A stretch of 56,867 nucleotides of DNA from Candidatus Rokuibacteriota bacterium (GTDB taxonomy: Bacteria; JAUVQV01; DATDCY01): the NCBI GenBank assembly GCA_031406795.1, contig JANOHV010000108.1:1-56867 (forward strand). The letters run 5' to 3'. Of the stretch, positions 10,092 through 18,846 are shown in pieces. Every line of letters starts with the position of its first letter. Within the stretch, counting starts at the first letter, position 1. The notes under the pieces are model-generated. The model was not told the DNA's origin, made no database searches, and was given only the letters and a program-made list of their open reading frames with translations. The translations under genes were made by a program, and so were the position numbers.

Positions 10092-12038
10092 ATGACGCGC
10101 GCGACGAACAACCTCCCCCCGGTCACCCCGGAGCTGACGCTGCCCAAGCTGCTCATCGAGCAGGCGCGGCGCCTCGGCGCCGGCAAGGTCGCGCTGCGCG
10201 AGAAGGAATTCGGCATCTGGCAGTCCTTCACCTGGGCCGACTACCTGCGCCGCGTGCGCGAGTTCTCGCTCGGCCTCGTCTCGCTCGGCCTCCAGCGCGG
10301 CGACAAGGTGGCGATCGTCGGCGACAACCGGCCGGAGTGGGTCTTCGCGGAATTGGCCGCGCTGTGCGCCGGCGCCGTGCCGCTGGGAATCTACCAGGAC
10401 TCCACGGCCACCGAGGTCGGCTACGTCATCGACCACTCGGACGCCGTGTTCGTCGTCGCCGAGGACCAGGAGCAGGTCGACAAGATCCTGGAACTCAAGG
10501 AGAAGATCCCCAAAGTCCGCGCGGTGATCTACACCGACCCCAAGGGGATGCGCGCGTACACCGACTCCTTCCTCATCGACTACGCCGAAGTCGAGAAGCG
10601 GGGTCGCGAACTCGACGCGCGGGAGCCCGGGCTCTTCGACGGCAACGTCGCTCTCGGGACCGGCAGCGACACGGCCCTGATCGCCTACACCTCCGGCACC
10701 ACGGGCTTCCCGAAGGGCTCGCTGCTGACGCACACGAACATGCTCTCGATGGCCGCCAGCCTGATCGCGGTCGACCCCAAGCGCCCCGACGACGAGTTCC
10801 TCTCGTTCCTGCCGCTGCCCTGGATCGGCGAGCAGATGATGGGCGTGGCCAGCGCGCTGCTGGTCGGCTTCACGGTGAACTTCCCCGAAGAGCCCGACAC
10901 GGTGCAGGAGAACCTGCGCGAGATCGGCCCGAACGTGATGTTCTCGCCGCCGCGCATCTGGGAGAACCTGGCCGCCAGCGTGCAGGTCAAGGTCATGGAC
11001 GCCTCCCCGCTCAAACGCTTCGCCTTCAACCGCGCGATGCCGATCGGGGTGCGGATGGCCGACTGCCGCTTTCAGAAGAAGGAGCCGTCGCTCGGGCTGC
11101 GCCTGGCCTACCAGGCGGCCTACTGGGGAGTCTTCCGGGCGCTGCGCGACCGGCTCGGCTTCTCGCGCCTGCGTTCGGCCTCCACCGGCGGGGCGGCGCT
11201 CGGGCCCGACACCTTCCGCTTCTTCCACGCGCTCGGCGTGAACCTCAAGCAGATCTACGGCCAGACCGAGATCTCCGGCATCTCGTGCATCCACCTCACC
11301 GGGGACGTCAATTTCGACTCGGTCGGCAAGCCGATCCCCGGCACCGAGATCCTGATCGCCGAGAACGGCGAGATCCTGTCGCGGTCGCCCAGCGTCTTTT
11401 CCGGCTACTACAAGAACGACGCGGCGACCGCGGAAGTCCTCAAGGACGGCTGGCTGCACTCCGGGGACGCCGGGTACTTCTCCGAGGACGGCCAGCTCAT
11501 CGTCATCGACCGGCTCAAGGACGTGATGCACCTGCTCGACGGCACGCGCTTCTCGCCGCAGTTCATCGAGAACAAGCTCAAGTTCTCGCCCTACGTCAAG
11601 GAAGCGGTCGTCATCGGCGACAAGCGCGAGCGCATCACGGCGCTGATCAACATCGACATGCCGATCGTCGGCAAGTGGGCGGAGAAGCAGCGGCTCGGCT
11701 ACACGACGTACACCGACCTCTCCGCCAAGCCCGAAGTCTACGGGATGATCGAGGCCGAGGTGCGACGCGTCAACCGCGACCTGGCCAAAATCAACGGGAC
11801 GGCCGTGATCAGCAAGTTCGTGCTGCTCTACAAGGAGCTCGACGCCGACGACGACGAGCTGACCCGCACGAAGAAAGTCCGGCGCGGCTTCATCGGCGAG
11901 CGCTACAAGGACGTCATCGAGGCGATGTACGACGGCCGCGAGGCCGTGGCCATCGACGCGGTCATCAAGTTCCAGGACGGGCGCACGGCGCGCATCAAGA
12001 CCTCCGTCGCGGTCCGCGACGTCGCGAAAGGGGAGTGA
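10092..12038 (+). CDS. long-chain acyl-CoA synthetase (AMP-binding)
   Basis: YTSGTTGFPKG, YGQTE, GWLHSGDAG, IDRLKD. Confidence 0.9.
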   Translation: MTRATNNLPPVTPELTLPKLLIEQARRLGAGKVALREKEFGIWQSFTWADYLRRVREFSLGLVSLGLQRGDKVAIVGDNRPEWVFAELAALCAGAVPLGIYQDSTATEVGYVIDHSDAVFVVAEDQEQVDKILELKEKIPKVRAVIYTDPKGMRAYTDSFLIDYAEVEKRGRELDAREPGLFDGNVALGTGSDTALIAYTSGTTGFPKGSLLTHTNMLSMAASLIAVDPKRPDDEFLSFLPLPWIGEQMMGVASALLVGFTVNFPEEPDTVQENLREIGPNVMFSPPRIWENLAASVQVKVMDASPLKRFAFNRAMPIGVRMADCRFQKKEPSLGLRLAYQAAYWGVFRALRDRLGFSRLRSASTGGAALGPDTFRFFHALGVNLKQIYGQTEISGISCIHLTGDVNFDSVGKPIPGTEILIAENGEILSRSPSVFSGYYKNDAATAEVLKDGWLHSGDAGYFSEDGQLIVIDRLKDVMHLLDGTRFSPQFIENKLKFSPYVKEAVVIGDKRERITALINIDMPIVGKWAEKQRLGYTTYTDLSAKPEVYGMIEAEVRRVNRDLAKINGTAVISKFVLLYKELDADDDELTRTKKVRRGFIGERYKDVIEAMYDGREAVAIDAVIKFQDGRTARIKTSVAVRDVAKGE

Positions 12039-12044
12039 GCCGGC

Positions 12045-12941
12045 ATGAGTGACGGGATCTGGTTCTTTCTGCAGCTGCTCGTGCAGGGGCTGGCCGTCGG
12101 CAGCGTCTACAGCCTGGTCGCGCTCGGCTTCGTGCTGATCTACAAGGCTTCGGGCGTCATCAACTTCGCCCAGGGCGAGCTGCTGATGCTCGGCGCCTAC
12201 GCCTGCCTGGCCTTCCTCGTCCAGGCGCACCTGCCCCTCTGGGCGGCCGTCGGGCTGACCATCGTCACGATGACCCTGGTCGCGCTGGTCCTCGAGCGGC
12301 TCGTGCTGCGCCCGCTGATCGGCGAGCCGGTGATCTCGATCATCATGGCCACGATCGGCCTCGCGGCGGTCTTCAAGGCGGCGACGGCGGCGGCCTGGGG
12401 CACGCAGCTGCTGAGCTTCCCGGCGATCTTCCCCGACCAGCCGGTGCATCTCGGCCAGGTCATCATCTCGCAGGTTTACATCTGGACCTTCTGCACCGCG
12501 ATGCTGCTGATGATCGCCTTCGCGCTGTTCTTCAAGTTCACCCGCCTCGGCATCGCGATGCGGGCGACCGCGAACTCGCACCAGGTCGCGCTGTCGATGG
12601 GGATCAGCGTCAAGTCGATCTTCGCGCTCTCCTGGTGCATCTCCGCCGTCGTCTCGGCGATCGGCGGGGTGCTCATCGGCAGCATCAACGGCGTGAACAT
12701 CACCTTCTCGGATTTCGGGCTCAAGGTCTTCCCGGCGGTCATCCTCGGCGGACTCGACAGCATCCCCGGCGCCGTCATCGGCGGCCTGGTCGTCGGCATC
12801 CTCGAGAACCTCTCGGGCGGCTATCTCTCCCGGACCTTCGGCGGCGGCGTCAAGGAAGTCGCCCCGTTCGTCTTCCTGGTGCTGATCCTGATGATCAAGC
12901 CGTATGGCCTCTTCGGCACCAAAGAAATAGAAAGGGTGTAG
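12045..12941 (+). CDS. ABC permease (LivH-like)
   Basis: YSLVALGFVLIY..INFAQGE, GIAMRATA, KPYGLFG. Confidence 0.92.
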   Translation: MSDGIWFFLQLLVQGLAVGSVYSLVALGFVLIYKASGVINFAQGELLMLGAYACLAFLVQAHLPLWAAVGLTIVTMTLVALVLERLVLRPLIGEPVISIIMATIGLAAVFKAATAAAWGTQLLSFPAIFPDQPVHLGQVIISQVYIWTFCTAMLLMIAFALFFKFTRLGIAMRATANSHQVALSMGISVKSIFALSWCISAVVSAIGGVLIGSINGVNITFSDFGLKVFPAVILGGLDSIPGAVIGGLVVGILENLSGGYLSRTFGGGVKEVAPFVFLVLILMIKPYGLFGTKEIERV

Positions 12942-12952
12942 GGGCGCGACTC

Positions 12953-14023
12953 ATGTCCAGTAAATGCGGGGTGTTCCACCAGTCCTACCAGTCCGAGATG
13001 GCGATCTTCCAGACCTGGTTCGCCCGGGGCTGGATGGTGCTGCTCTTCGCCTGGCTGCTGGTCTTCCCGTTCGTCGCCAAACCGATCGGCAAGGCGCTCG
13101 GCACGAACGTCCTGTATCTCGCGAACCTGATCGGCATCTACATCATCGGCGCGCAGGGGCTCAACCTGCTGACCGGCTACACCGGCCAGATCTCGCTCGG
13201 GCACGGCGCCTTCATGGGGGTCGGGGCCTACGCGTCCGCGATCCTGACGATGAAGCTCGGCCTGCCCTTCTGGGTCGCGCTGCCGCTCTCCGGGCTCGTT
13301 GCCGCCGTTGTCGGCATGTTCTTCGGGATTCCCTCGCTGCGGCTCAAGGGCCTCTACCTGGCAATCGCGACGATGGCGGCGCAGTTCATCATCCAGTACG
13401 TGATGCGCAACGCCACCTGGCTCACCGGCGGCAGCGACGGCATGAGCGTGCGCGCGCCCTCCTTCTTCGGCCTGGCGCTGAACACCGACCGGCGCTACTA
13501 CTTCCTGGTCTACGCGCTGGTGATCCTCGCGACGCTGTTCACGAAGAACCTGACGCGCAGCCGCACGGGGCGGGCCTTCGTCGCAATCCGCGACCGCTAC
13601 CTTTCGGCCGAAGTCATGGGCGTCAACGTCTGGGGCTACCGGATCCTCTCATTCGGGGTCAGCTCGTTCATGGTCGGCGTGGCAGGCTCGCTCTGGGCGC
13701 ACTACGTGCTGGTGATCTCGGATGAGCACTTCACGATCGGCCTGTCGGTGCAGTACCTGGCGAGCATCATCATCGGCGGTCTCGGCAGCGTGACCGGCGC
13801 GATCTACGGCGCGATCTTCATGACGCTGCTCCCCGAGCTGCTGCGCATCCCGGAGAAGGCGCTCTCGCAGGTCTGGGAGAACGCCTTCACGATCGTCAGC
13901 TCGCTGCGCGAGGGAACCTTCGGTCTGCTCGTCGTGCTGTTCATCATCTTCGAGCCCGACGGCCTGGCGCACCGCTGGAACAAGATCAAGGCCTACTGGA
14001 AGCTCTGGCCGTTTTCCTATTAG
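12953..14023 (+). CDS. ABC permease (LivM-like)
   Basis: GLNLLTGYTGQISLGH, LRLKGLYLAIAT, GRAFVAIRD. Confidence 0.92.
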   Translation: MSSKCGVFHQSYQSEMAIFQTWFARGWMVLLFAWLLVFPFVAKPIGKALGTNVLYLANLIGIYIIGAQGLNLLTGYTGQISLGHGAFMGVGAYASAILTMKLGLPFWVALPLSGLVAAVVGMFFGIPSLRLKGLYLAIATMAAQFIIQYVMRNATWLTGGSDGMSVRAPSFFGLALNTDRRYYFLVYALVILATLFTKNLTRSRTGRAFVAIRDRYLSAEVMGVNVWGYRILSFGVSSFMVGVAGSLWAHYVLVISDEHFTIGLSVQYLASIIIGGLGSVTGAIYGAIFMTLLPELLRIPEKALSQVWENAFTIVSSLREGTFGLLVVLFIIFEPDGLAHRWNKIKAYWKLWPFSY

Positions 14024-14151
14024 CCCGGGTCGCTGGGGAGGCCCCGGCGCGCCCCGGCTGCGTTGCTTGTGCGGCGGGCACGAGCCCGCCTCCGCGCACG
14101 CTCGGCGCTGCCTTGCCGGGACGCACCGGGACGCTCCCGATCGACCCGGGC
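14023..14151. repeat. long imperfect inverted repeat between convergent genes
   Basis: GCCCGGGTCG...CGACCCGGGC outer arms extending ~35 bp with mismatches; inner hairpin GCGGGC-ACGA-GCCCGC. Confidence 0.6.
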
Positions 14152-14204
14152 AGCATGTCCTGAGGCATGGCACTCATGTTGGCTGGGCCACAGCCTGTCT
14201 GCGA

Positions 14205-14591
14205 TCAGACCAGGATCACCGTGTCGCTGTAGCGTGCCACCTGTGCGTCGGAGGTCACAAGACGTAGCGGCTCTGCGAGCGCCTGGGCCACCAGCATCCG
14301 GTCGAACGGGTCGGCGTGGTGAGTTGGCAGCACTTCCACGAGAGCGGCATGCTCGGCCGTCACCGGGAGGAGCGTGTAGCCGGCCTGCTCAAACCAGATT
14401 TTCGCCGCGGCGCCCGAGACAGGCATCTTCTTCTTCGCGAGCCCGTGCTTGATCGAGATCTCCCAGACTGAAGCCGCGCTGACGACGATCTCGTTTTCCG
14501 GCACGAGGATGAGCATCCTTGCCTGATCCGGCAGTCGCGGGCTATCTACGATCGCCCAGAGTGCGATGTGGGTGTCGAGGAGCAGCCTCAC
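14205..14591 (-). CDS. vapC: VapC PIN-domain toxin
   Basis: LLLDTHIALW, VSAASVWEISIK, HADPFDRMLVAQA, LVTSD. Confidence 0.92.
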   Translation of the reverse strand: MRLLLDTHIALWAIVDSPRLPDQARMLILVPENEIVVSAASVWEISIKHGLAKKKMPVSGAAAKIWFEQAGYTLLPVTAEHAALVEVLPTHHADPFDRMLVAQALAEPLRLVTSDAQVARYSDTVILV

Positions 14592-14833
14592 CCCCGGCCC
14601 CCGAGGAACAGTTTCGCGACCGCCGCGTTCTCATCGTCAATCGAGTCCGGCACCTTGAACCGCCCCTTGGCGATGCCAATGCGTTTCCCGGCCCGCGCGC
14701 TCGCTAACCGGGTAAGCCGCGCCACCGGCCGCCCGTTTCGGGCAATGACGATATCCTGATCCTTCCCGGTCTCGATCCGCTCGATCAGCTTGGAGAGCGT
14801 GCTTTTCGCCTCGAAGACATTGACGGTGCTCAT
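14588..14833 (-). CDS. Phd/YefM-family antitoxin
   Basis: MSTVNVFEAKSTLSKLIE...IARNGRPVARL...RIGIAKG; GGAGGAG SD; 4-nt overlap with the toxin. Confidence 0.9.
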   Translation of the reverse strand: MSTVNVFEAKSTLSKLIERIETGKDQDIVIARNGRPVARLTRLASARAGKRIGIAKGRFKVPDSIDDENAAVAKLFLGGRG

Positions 14834-14858
14834 GGCTCCTCCTTTCCAGGGTACAGCA

Positions 14859-14892
14859 TAGCTAATCTTAGCTAAGTCCGTTCTCGTGTCAA
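14859..14892 (-). promoter_or_regulatory. toxin-antitoxin promoter with overlapping palindromic operator
   Basis: TTGACA-N16-TAAGAT; perfect palindrome TAGCTAA-TC-TTAGCTA (14859-14874) covers the -10 box. Confidence 0.7.
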
Positions 14893-14950
14893 GCCGGGCC
14901 GCCCGGATGCGCCAAGGGTCGCAGGAGTTAGTTTTGTCGGCGCGCTTTGC

Positions 14951-15110
14951 GACCGGGAGCGACTCGCGACGCTGTACGAAAAGGCCAAGGATTACTATCC
15001 GGCCGGACGGCTGTTCGTCAATCTCGGGCAGCTGGACCGGGCGCTGCACGCTCTGCAGCCGGTCGGCAAGGCCAATCTCGAGCCGTACTACTTCCTGGCC
15101 CGTCTGTCAC
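14951..15110 (+). pseudogene. start-less TPR-like gene fragment
   Basis: reads DRERLATLYEKAKDYYPAGRLFVNLGQLDRALHALQPVGKANLEPYYFLARL with coding-like G/C third positions but no start codon. Confidence 0.5.
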
Positions 15111-15160
15111 GAGGAAGCGCGCGACTCAACCGAATTCTTAGCCACCCGACTGGAAAGCTA

Positions 15161-15169
15161 TGGTATGCT
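15161..15169 (+). promoter_or_regulatory. extended -10 promoter candidate for the binding-protein gene
   Basis: TG-G-TATGCT about 90 nt upstream of the SD and ATG 15257. Confidence 0.35.
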
Positions 15170-15256
15170 CTCACGCACTTGGGCGGGCGGCAGCGGAAAC
15201 ACCTTTCTGGCGGCCGCCCGGAGCCGGGACGGCAACCATCACACGGAGGTAGGGCA

Positions 15257-16459
15257 ATGGCGGGACGGAAGTTCATCACCGGGCTTATCGGCACGGCGGC
15301 GGTTGCCGCGACGGTTCTGGTCTTCGGCGCGGGGGCGGCACCGGCGGCCGATCCGATCAAGATCGGCGGCATCTTCGCCATTACCGGTCCGACTTCGGAC
15401 GTCGGCGCCGACTACGCCCAGTCCGCGAAGGACGCCGTGGTGTACATCAACGCCAACGGCGGCGTGAACGGCCGGCCGATCGAACTGGTCGCCAACGACT
15501 ACGCCTACAAGATTCCGGACGCCGTGAGCCTCTACAAGACCTACAAGGACGACGGGATCTTCCTGATCCAGGGCTGGGGCACGGGCGACACCAACGCGCT
15601 CAAGGAGATGGTCAACGGCGACAAGATCATCTACATGTCCGCCTCCTACGACTCGGCGCTCACCGACCCGGCCAAGACCCCCTACAACTTCTTCGTCGGC
15701 ACGAGCTACGGTGACTCGATCCGCGCCGCGATGCAGTTCGTCAAGGACACCTGGACCGACAAGACCCGCGCGCCGAAGGTCGTCTTCATCTACCCCGACC
15801 ACCCCTACGGCAAGGCCCCGATCCCGGCCGGCAAGGAGATGGCCAAGGCCCTCGGGCTCGAGGTCGGCGACGACCAGAGCGTCTCGCTCGCGGCGACCGA
15901 GGCGGTCAGCCAGCTGACCGACATGAAGAAGTTCAACCCGGACTACGCGTGGATCGGCGGCACGATCGCCAGCTCCGCGGTCATCATCAAGGACGCGGCG
16001 AAGCTCGGCCTGACGACCAAGTTCATCACCAACGTCTGGGGCTTCAACGAGAACCTCGTCAAGCTCGCCGGCGACGCCGCCAAAGAGCGGGTCTACGGCA
16101 TGGTGCCCTTCACGATGTGGGGCGACGACGTCCCCGGCATGAAGCCGGTCATGGAGATGCACAAGAAGAACCACCCGAACGACAGCCACATCGAGCCGTA
16201 CATCCAGAACTGGGTCTCGATGATGGTGATGTGGGAGGCGCTCAAGCGCGCCAAGACGATGGACGCGGCCGGCGTCAAGGCCGCGCTCGAGACGATCAAG
16301 GACTTCGACACCGGCGGCCTCTCGGCCCCGATCACGTTCACCCCGACCGATCACCGCCCGAACACCAAGCTGCGCATCATGAACGTGAACAAGGACGGGA
16401 AGATCGTCCTCGTCAAGGAAGTCGCCGTCGAGCGCAAGGCGGAGTGGCTCGGCAAGTAG
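15257..16459 (+). CDS. ABC substrate-binding protein (LivK/LivJ-like)
   Basis: GGAGG SD, signal peptide, IKIGGIFAITGPTS, INANGGVNGRPIEL, GWGTGDT. Confidence 0.92.
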   Translation: MAGRKFITGLIGTAAVAATVLVFGAGAAPAADPIKIGGIFAITGPTSDVGADYAQSAKDAVVYINANGGVNGRPIELVANDYAYKIPDAVSLYKTYKDDGIFLIQGWGTGDTNALKEMVNGDKIIYMSASYDSALTDPAKTPYNFFVGTSYGDSIRAAMQFVKDTWTDKTRAPKVVFIYPDHPYGKAPIPAGKEMAKALGLEVGDDQSVSLAATEAVSQLTDMKKFNPDYAWIGGTIASSAVIIKDAAKLGLTTKFITNVWGFNENLVKLAGDAAKERVYGMVPFTMWGDDVPGMKPVMEMHKKNHPNDSHIEPYIQNWVSMMVMWEALKRAKTMDAAGVKAALETIKDFDTGGLSAPITFTPTDHRPNTKLRIMNVNKDGKIVLVKEVAVERKAEWLGK

Positions 16460-16491
16460 CGGCGGGCACGGCCAGCGACGCCCGGCGACGG

Positions 16492-16560
16492 CGTAGGGGC
16501 GGGGTTGATCCCCGCCCGCGGGGGGGGGCACGGCGGGAGGGGGTGAACCCCTCCCCTACG
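16492..16560. repeat. GTAG-family REP doublet (REPIN-like)
   Basis: GTAG-GGGCGGGG-TTGAT-CCCCGCCC and an inverted copy GTAG-GGGAGGGG-TTCAC-CCCCTCCC. Confidence 0.75.
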
Positions 16561-16586
16561 ACGTCGTGATGACGATTCTCTCTTGA

Positions 16587-16620
16587 GGGGGCGGGGTACT
16601 TGCCGCCCCCCTGTTTTTTT
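16587..16620 (+). terminator. intrinsic terminator after the binding-protein gene
   Basis: GGGGGCGG-loop-CCGCCCCC followed by CTGTTTTTTT. Confidence 0.7.
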
Positions 16621-16648
16621 CTCCCGACCGTGGCATAATTCCCCGACC

Positions 16649-17452
16649 ATGGAGCCGCTGCTCAGCCTCAACAACGTCGAGGTCATCTACAACGACGTCA
16701 TCCTCGTGCTCAAGGGGATGTCGCTCAAGGTGGAGCCCGGCAAGATCGTCGCGCTGCTCGGCGGCAACGGCGGCGGCAAGTCCACGACGCTCAAGGCGAT
16801 CTCGGGACTGCTCAAGAGCGAAGAGGGGAAAGTCACCGACGGCTCGATCACCTTCTGCGGCGAGCGCATCGACAACACCGACCCGGAGGAGATCGTCCGC
16901 CGCGGCATCTTCCAGGTCATGGAAGGCCGCCGCGTCTTCGATGAGCTGACCGTGCACGACAATCTCGTCGCGGGGGCGCACACCCGGCGGCACTGGCGCG
17001 ACGCCAAGCGCGACATGGAGATGGTCTTCAGCTACTTCCCCCGCCTCAAGGAGCGCCGCCACAACATCGCGGGCTACCTCTCCGGCGGCGAGCAGCAAAT
17101 GCTCGCGATCGGCCGGGCGCTGATGGCGCGGCCGAAGCTGATGCTGCTCGACGAGCCTTCGCTCGGGCTGGCCCCGCTGCTGGTGCGCGAGATTTTCGAG
17201 ATCATCAAACGCATCAACGAGGAAGAGAAGGCCACGATCCTGCTCGTCGAGCAGAACGCCCGGGTGGCGCTGTCGATCGCGCACTACGGCTACATCATGG
17301 AGAACGGCAAGATCGTCCTCGACGACACCGTCGAGAAGCTCAAGGAGAACGAGGACATCAAGGAGTTCTACCTCGGCCTCTCGCAGGTCGGCGGCAAAAA
17401 GAGCTTCCGGGACGTCAAGCACTATCGTCGCAGGAAAAGATGGCTGTCGTGA
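16649..17452 (+). CDS. ABC ATPase (LivF-like)
   Basis: GGNGGGKST, LSGGEQQMLAIGRAL, LDEPSLGLAP, VEQNA. Confidence 0.92.
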   Translation: MEPLLSLNNVEVIYNDVILVLKGMSLKVEPGKIVALLGGNGGGKSTTLKAISGLLKSEEGKVTDGSITFCGERIDNTDPEEIVRRGIFQVMEGRRVFDELTVHDNLVAGAHTRRHWRDAKRDMEMVFSYFPRLKERRHNIAGYLSGGEQQMLAIGRALMARPKLMLLDEPSLGLAPLLVREIFEIIKRINEEEKATILLVEQNARVALSIAHYGYIMENGKIVLDDTVEKLKENEDIKEFYLGLSQVGGKKSFRDVKHYRRRKRWLS

Positions 17453-17453
17453 C

Positions 17454-17540
17454 CGTGCAGGCTGCGGGGTCCTGTCGCTGCGGACCTCCGTCGTGCTCGC
17501 TTCGCTCCGCCGACGGAGACCTCCCCTTCGCGCCACCCCT
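17454..17540 (+). repeat. 87-bp structured intergenic repeat, copy 1
   Basis: near-identical to the reverse complement of 21768-21854. Confidence 0.85.
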
Positions 17541-17576
17541 TCGCCGGGTACGTTTCCCACGGCTGAAACAACAGGT

Positions 17577-18821
17577 ATGACGAGGACCGGAAGCGAAAAA
17601 GAATACCTCCCGGCCAAGGAGTTGATCCGCGAGCAGATCGCCGGCGTGCGCGAGCTGATGGGCGGCGCCTGGCAGGCGGCGCCGGGATTCGTGCGGCGGC
17701 TCGAGGCCGCGGGGCTCTCGCCCGAGGACCTCAAATCGGCGGCCGACCTGCCCCGCTTCCCGATCCTGCGCAAGTCCGATCTGCCGAAGCTCCAGGCGGC
17801 CGATCCGCCGTTCGGGGGCCTGCTCGCCGTGCCGGTCGCGCGGCTCAAGCGCCTGTTCGCCTCCCCGGGACCGATCTACGAGCCGGAGGGCGAAGGTCCC
17901 GGCTACTACCGCTGGGAGCGCACGATGCGCGCAATCGGCTTTGCGCCCGGTGACATCGTCCTCAACTGCTTCGGCTACCACCTGACGCCCGCCGCCGCGA
18001 TGTTCGAGGAGGGGGCCCACGCCGTCGGCTGCGTCGTCGTCCCGGCGGGCATCGGCAACAGCGAACTGCAGGTGGCGGTCGCGGCGCACTACCGCGCCAC
18101 CGGGTACATCGGGCTGCCCTCGTACCTGAAGGTGCTGCTCGAGCAGGCGAAGAAATCCGGCGTGCCGCTCGCCATCGCCAAGGCGCTCGTGCTCGCGGAG
18201 AAGCTCCCCGAGAGCCTGCGCGTCGAGTTCCAGCAGCTGCACGGCATTCACGTGCGCCAGGGGTACGGCACCGCGGAGGTGGGCGCCATCGCCTACGAGT
18301 GCGAGGCCGCCAGAGGCCTGCACCTGGACCCCGGGGTTCTCGTCGAGATCGTCGACCCGACGACCGGGGCTCCGGTCGAGGCCGGGACGCCGGGGGAGGT
18401 CGTCTGCACGCCGCTGAACCCGGTCTACGCCTTGCTGCGCTTCGCCACCGGCGATCTCGCCGCTCTCGATACCGCGCCCTGCCCCTGCGGACGCACCACG
18501 CACCGGCTCACCGCGATCCTCGGCCGCGTCGACCAGAGCACCAAGGTCCGCGGCCTCTTCCTGCACCCCGCGCAGTTGACCGAGGCGCTCGCCGGCTTTC
18601 CGGCAATCGAGTGCTTCCGCGCCGCCATCGTGCGTGAGCGCGCCATGGACGACCTGATCATCGAACTCGTCGCCTCGTGCGCGCTCCCGCCCGAGGTGCG
18701 CAAGGCCATCGGCGCCCGCGTCAAGGAAACCACAAAGCTCAGCGCCCGCATCGTGCAGCTGGAAGCCGGATCGATCCCGGAGGCCGCCCCGATCATCGAC
18801 GACCGCCGCAACTGGGACTAG
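17577..18821 (+). CDS. phenylacetate-CoA ligase-like (PaaK family) protein
   Basis: DLPRFPILRKSD, FGYHLTPA, YGTAEVG, EIVDPTTG, LLRFATGDL, GRVDQSTKVRG. Confidence 0.82.
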   Translation: MTRTGSEKEYLPAKELIREQIAGVRELMGGAWQAAPGFVRRLEAAGLSPEDLKSAADLPRFPILRKSDLPKLQAADPPFGGLLAVPVARLKRLFASPGPIYEPEGEGPGYYRWERTMRAIGFAPGDIVLNCFGYHLTPAAAMFEEGAHAVGCVVVPAGIGNSELQVAVAAHYRATGYIGLPSYLKVLLEQAKKSGVPLAIAKALVLAEKLPESLRVEFQQLHGIHVRQGYGTAEVGAIAYECEAARGLHLDPGVLVEIVDPTTGAPVEAGTPGEVVCTPLNPVYALLRFATGDLAALDTAPCPCGRTTHRLTAILGRVDQSTKVRGLFLHPAQLTEALAGFPAIECFRAAIVRERAMDDLIIELVASCALPPEVRKAIGARVKETTKLSARIVQLEAGSIPEAAPIIDDRRNWD

Positions 18822-18846
18822 CCGAGCGGTTCCGGCGCGTGAGCAG

